21,810 nucleotides of DNA, taken from contig NW_019091356.1 in the NCBI RefSeq assembly GCF_001949145.1, positions 2,798,932-2,820,741 on the forward strand, given 5' to 3'. Position numbers and translations under genes: made by a program. A model generated the notes under the pieces. That model saw nothing but the letters and a program-made list of their open reading frames with translations, had not been told where the DNA came from and did not search any database. The stretch is from Acanthaster planci (Eukaryota). Shown here one piece after another: positions 21,601 through 21,810 of this stretch (position 1 is its first letter; each line of letters opens with the position of its first letter).

Positions 21601-21621
21601 CAACCAAACAGCCATATTCAG
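538..21621 (+). CDS. MRC1-like: Macrophage mannose receptor 1-like multi-CTLD protein with a PAN/Apple domain; 28 exons in window, partial at both ends, one frameshift in exon 24
   Basis: Exons join with compatible phases (25 GT-AG and 2 GC-AG introns). Nine CTLDs show WIG, W.DG, EPN/QPD, WND and C...C motifs. CTLDs B-I resemble human MRC1 CTLD1-8 in order, from memory (e.g. SITDLSEQTYL, YEQAVVTS, LCILPKGQMP, YSWQDKW, ICKKLKI). Summed exon length 4136 nt is one short of a multiple of 3, matching the single frameshift. Confidence 0.9.
1364..1577 (+). mobile_element. tRNA-derived SINE-like element
   Basis: A box tggcatagtgg (1364-1374), B-box-like ggctcgattcc (1395-1405), body ending tttcttcccac, (aat)n-like tail 1550-1577. 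Confidence 0.6.
1597..1756 (+). CDS. Exon 2: CTLD-A C-terminal half (YGFTYWAPGQPD...ERC...WNDLPC...YICKKKA)
   Basis: gtacag acceptor, gtaatg donor; phase 0 to 1; QPD and WND motifs. Confidence 0.93.
2110..2148 (+). CDS. Exon 3: 39-nt Pro/Thr linker microexon (GDGNTPPPTAKPT)
   Basis: acacag acceptor, gtaagc donor; phase 1-1; linker composition. Confidence 0.8.
2670..2843 (+). CDS. Exon 4: CTLD-B N-terminal part (DRCGIGW...KQCY...WQSARSQC...SITDLSEQTYLN)
   Basis: gttcag acceptor; GC donor G|GCGAGT needed for phase 1. Confidence 0.9.
2952..3101. mobile_element. 150-bp MITE with ~25-bp terminal inverted repeats
   Basis: Left atagagtaccgaagtgtaacgtcac (2952-2976); right end reverse-complements to atagagtaccaaagtgaatacgtcac (3076-3101); CpG-rich interior. 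Confidence 0.8.
3285..3401 (+). CDS. Exon 5: CTLD-B middle (VWIGANDLSVEGGWVWSDGSPFKFLNWAS)
   Basis: aaacag acceptor after a pyrimidine tract, gtgagg donor; phase 1-1. Confidence 0.93.
3495..3700 (+). mobile_element. Diverged copy of the tRNA-Thr-related repeat at 7880-8100
   Basis: Shares tctcccca..., gccgacaagctc, agacatctgaactagta, gtgggttcaag and downstream ttctcac...cactgaatatgc with the 7880-8100 copy. Confidence 0.55.
4134..4244 (+). CDS. Exon 6: CTLD-B C-terminal part (GEPNNYGSEEC...WNDVDC...YVCKKD)
   Basis: caccag acceptor, gtcagc donor; phase 1-1; EPN/WND. Confidence 0.93.
4497..4736 (+). CDS. Exon 7: PAN/Apple domain (80 codons)
   Basis: gtatag acceptor, gtgagt donor; phase 1-1; pattern PETCAYSC...CLAFNYNRATKKCDL...DYY is the 4-Cys PAN signature. 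Confidence 0.85.
4793..4870 (-). repeat. About 2.4 inverted, diverged copies of the 33-bp minisatellite unit
   Basis: caagtacacatagctgcagtcataggcgctt (4808-4838) matches the unit reverse complement caagtactcatagctgcagtcacaggtgctt; further copies at 4839-4870 and 4793-4806. Confidence 0.85.
4890..5298 (+). repeat. 33-bp minisatellite, 12 full units plus a partial (consensus gaag(c/t)acctgtgactggagctatgagtaattgt)
   Basis: Exact 33-nt periodicity from 4890 to 5285; intronic. Confidence 0.97.
5683..5907 (+). CDS. Exon 8: Pro/Thr linker plus CTLD-C N-terminal part
   Basis: tgacag acceptor, gtgagt donor; phase 1-1; CQANW...YCY...TWADALKGC...LASI. Confidence 0.92.
6611..6777 (+). CDS. Exon 9: CTLD-C middle (FYIGLND...EWSDDS...NWAAGEPNNYNGNPEDCVEMWTD)
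   Basis: ccacag acceptor; GC donor GAT|GCAAGT needed for phase 0. Confidence 0.88.
7240..7350 (+). CDS. Exon 10: end of CTLD-C (GYWNDEDC...YICKMKK), linker, first Cys of CTLD-D
   Basis: atccag acceptor, gtcaga donor; phase 0-0. Confidence 0.92.
7880..8100 (+). mobile_element. Interspersed repeat containing a tRNA-Thr(AGT)-like pseudogene core (7967-8038)
   Basis: A box tggtcgagtgg, anticodon arm tctgc(a)-ctAGTaa-gcagg, mutated T arm gtgga-tttgaat-cccac, acceptor stem gctcgg/ccgagt; second copy at 3495-3700. Confidence 0.7.
8166..8290 (+). CDS. Exon 11: CTLD-D N-terminal part (DWIPYGQSCYK...TWDDALAQC...LVVISD)
   Basis: ttccag acceptor, gtaggc donor; phase 0 to 2. Confidence 0.92.
8574..8923. 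other. Assembly gap (350 N) inside intron 11
   Basis: Run of N; flanking exons 11 and 12 join in frame (SD-K-YEQA). Confidence 0.99.
9451..9602 (+). CDS. Exon 12: CTLD-D middle (YEQAVVTS...FWIGLHD...DNWGKAQP)
   Basis: tcgaag acceptor, gtgagc donor; phase 2 to 1. Confidence 0.92.
10117..10325 (+). CDS. Exon 13: end of CTLD-D (GSCV...GLWYVASC...YICEK), linker, start of CTLD-E
   Basis: ttacag acceptor, gtatgt donor; phase 1 to 0. Confidence 0.92.
10865..10992 (+). CDS. Exon 14: CTLD-E (FWDSEDFCGNLGGHLASFHS...)
   Basis: tgtcag acceptor, gtaagt donor; phase 0 to 2. Confidence 0.92.
11554..11612 (+). CDS. Exon 15: CTLD-E (NGDTDEAYWIGFHDSKAEG)
   Basis: ttgcag acceptor, gtagtg donor; phase 2 to 1. 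Confidence 0.9.
11976..12152 (+). CDS. Exon 16: CTLD-E C-terminal part (EWIDGS...KEPNDAGSGEDC...WNDIPC...LCILPK)
   Basis: catcag acceptor, gtgagg donor; phase 1-1; EPN/WND. Confidence 0.93.
12849..12884 (+). CDS. Exon 17: 36-nt linker microexon (GQMPATTLPPVT)
   Basis: catcag acceptor, gtgagt donor; phase 1-1; continues PK-GQMP like the MRC1 CTLD4-5 linker as recalled. Confidence 0.82.
13390..13562 (+). CDS. Exon 18: CTLD-F N-terminal part (PKCPTND...NYCYFF...WSEAEDYC...HLTSVH)
   Basis: tgccag acceptor, gtaaga donor; phase 1 to 0. Confidence 0.92.
13601..13642. repeat. 3 x 14-bp tandem repeat (agcagttctagaac-like)
   Basis: agcagttctggaac / agcggttctagaac / agcagttttagaac. Confidence 0.85.
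14135..14463 (-). mobile_element. tRNA-derived SINE, minus strand (CORE-like body, L2-like tail)
   Basis: Minus-strand A box tggtctaatgg (14445-14455) and perfect B box ggttcgaatcc (14400-14410); 3' end tgtaacaccctgagc...tataaat resembles LINE2-type SINE tails; family assignment from memory. Confidence 0.65.
14508..14575 (+). CDS. Exon 19: CTLD-F (VSGQNRGDFWIGLREFGKDGIY)
   Basis: ctacag acceptor, gtagat donor; phase 0 to 2. Confidence 0.9.
15145..15254 (+). CDS. Exon 20: CTLD-F (WSDNTSLDYDAWVNGEPNDSNGEEECVEMY...)
   Basis: atttag acceptor, gtcagt donor; phase 2 to 1; EPN. Confidence 0.92.
16265..16531 (+). CDS. Exon 21: end of CTLD-F (WNDQNC...FICKK), linker, CTLD-G N-terminal part
   Basis: tcccag acceptor, gtacca donor; phase 1-1. 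Confidence 0.92.
17147..17298 (+). CDS. Exon 22: CTLD-G middle (TWIGLSD...KWVDGT...NWNWGEPNESGGE)
   Basis: ccgtag acceptor, gtaact donor; phase 1 to 0. Confidence 0.9.
18016..18115 (+). CDS. Exon 23: CTLD-G C-terminal part (EDCVEMY...WNDQSC...YVCQSKP)
   Basis: ttgcag acceptor, gtagag donor; phase 0 to 1. Confidence 0.93.
18540..18819 (+). CDS. Exon 24: CTLD-H N-terminal half, with a 1-bp deletion frameshift near 18673-18678
   Basis: tttcag acceptor, gtaaga donor; 280 nt where 281 is needed; ...AVKACQG reads in one frame and GSQATLASLNSPWE...LWIGLTDRD in another; uncorrected TGA at 18704-18706. Confidence 0.88.
19368..19539 (+). CDS. Exon 25: CTLD-H C-terminal half (YSWQDKW...EPS...EGC...WDDTKC...MCKF)
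   Basis: ctgcag acceptor, gtaagc donor; phase 0 to 1. Confidence 0.93.
20284..20538 (+). CDS. Exon 26: linker plus CTLD-I N-terminal half (FCPADWVPYGSHCLY...TWLGLYR)
   Basis: tcccag acceptor, gtgggt donor; phase 1-1. Confidence 0.93.
21080..21259 (+). CDS. Exon 27: CTLD-I C-terminal half (NWHSGEPT...ENC...WNDVDC...YICKKLKI)
   Basis: caatag acceptor, gtatgc donor; phase 1-1. Confidence 0.93.
21562..21621 (+). CDS. Exon 28: 60-nt Pro/Thr stalk or linker exon (FNATTPLPTGPFPPTKQPYS)
   Basis: tggcag acceptor after a long pyrimidine tract, gtatgt donor; phase 1-1; N-A-T sequon. Confidence 0.8.
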
Positions 21622-21810
21622 GTATGTTTGCATTCTGACATTTTCTTGGGCTGTTTCCCAACACTCGGCTTCATCTCCATCTTCATCTGTGTTTAAAACC
21701 ACTACAAAATATTACAGTTTAATTGGAACACTTTAGACATACAGTGGGGGACTGATTTTGGAGATGAAGTCTGTCATGGAGGTGGGACAGCTGGCTGGCA
21801 CTGTTTTGTG

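Noticed and set aside
538..21621. Whole gene as a pseudogene, or several tandem lectin genes
   Set aside because: There is only one lesion in about 4.1 kb of coding sequence, splice sites and cysteines are intact, and no internal start/signal-peptide or terminal exons were seen.

Overview
This is eukaryotic (animal) genomic DNA, not prokaryotic. The whole window is the internal part of one + strand, intron-rich gene. I assembled 28 exons by hand (538..21621, 4136 coding nt, about 1379 codons) using splice signals and phase continuity. They encode a macrophage mannose receptor (MRC1/CD206)-like multi-C-type-lectin protein: CTLD-A (5'-partial) - CTLD-B - PAN/Apple - CTLD-C - D - E - F - G - H - I - Pro/Thr stalk. 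The start codon and the presumed TM/cytoplasmic exons lie outside the window. CTLDs B-I resemble, in order, CTLD1-8 of vertebrate MRC1 as I recall that sequence. This gene differs in having a single-exon PAN/Apple domain between the CTLD1 and CTLD2 equivalents, an extra galactose-type (QPD/WND) CTLD where MRC1 has its fibronectin type II domain, and five intact EPN/WND sites. The model needs two GC-AG introns, and exon 24 carries a 1-bp frameshift (assembly error or null/truncating allele). Introns hold a 33-bp minisatellite with an orientation switch just after the PAN exon, tRNA-derived SINE-like elements, MITEs and a 350-N gap. The repeat content suggests an invertebrate deuterostome, possibly an echinoderm (low confidence). 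Most ORFs in the six-frame track are exon fragments or spurious.
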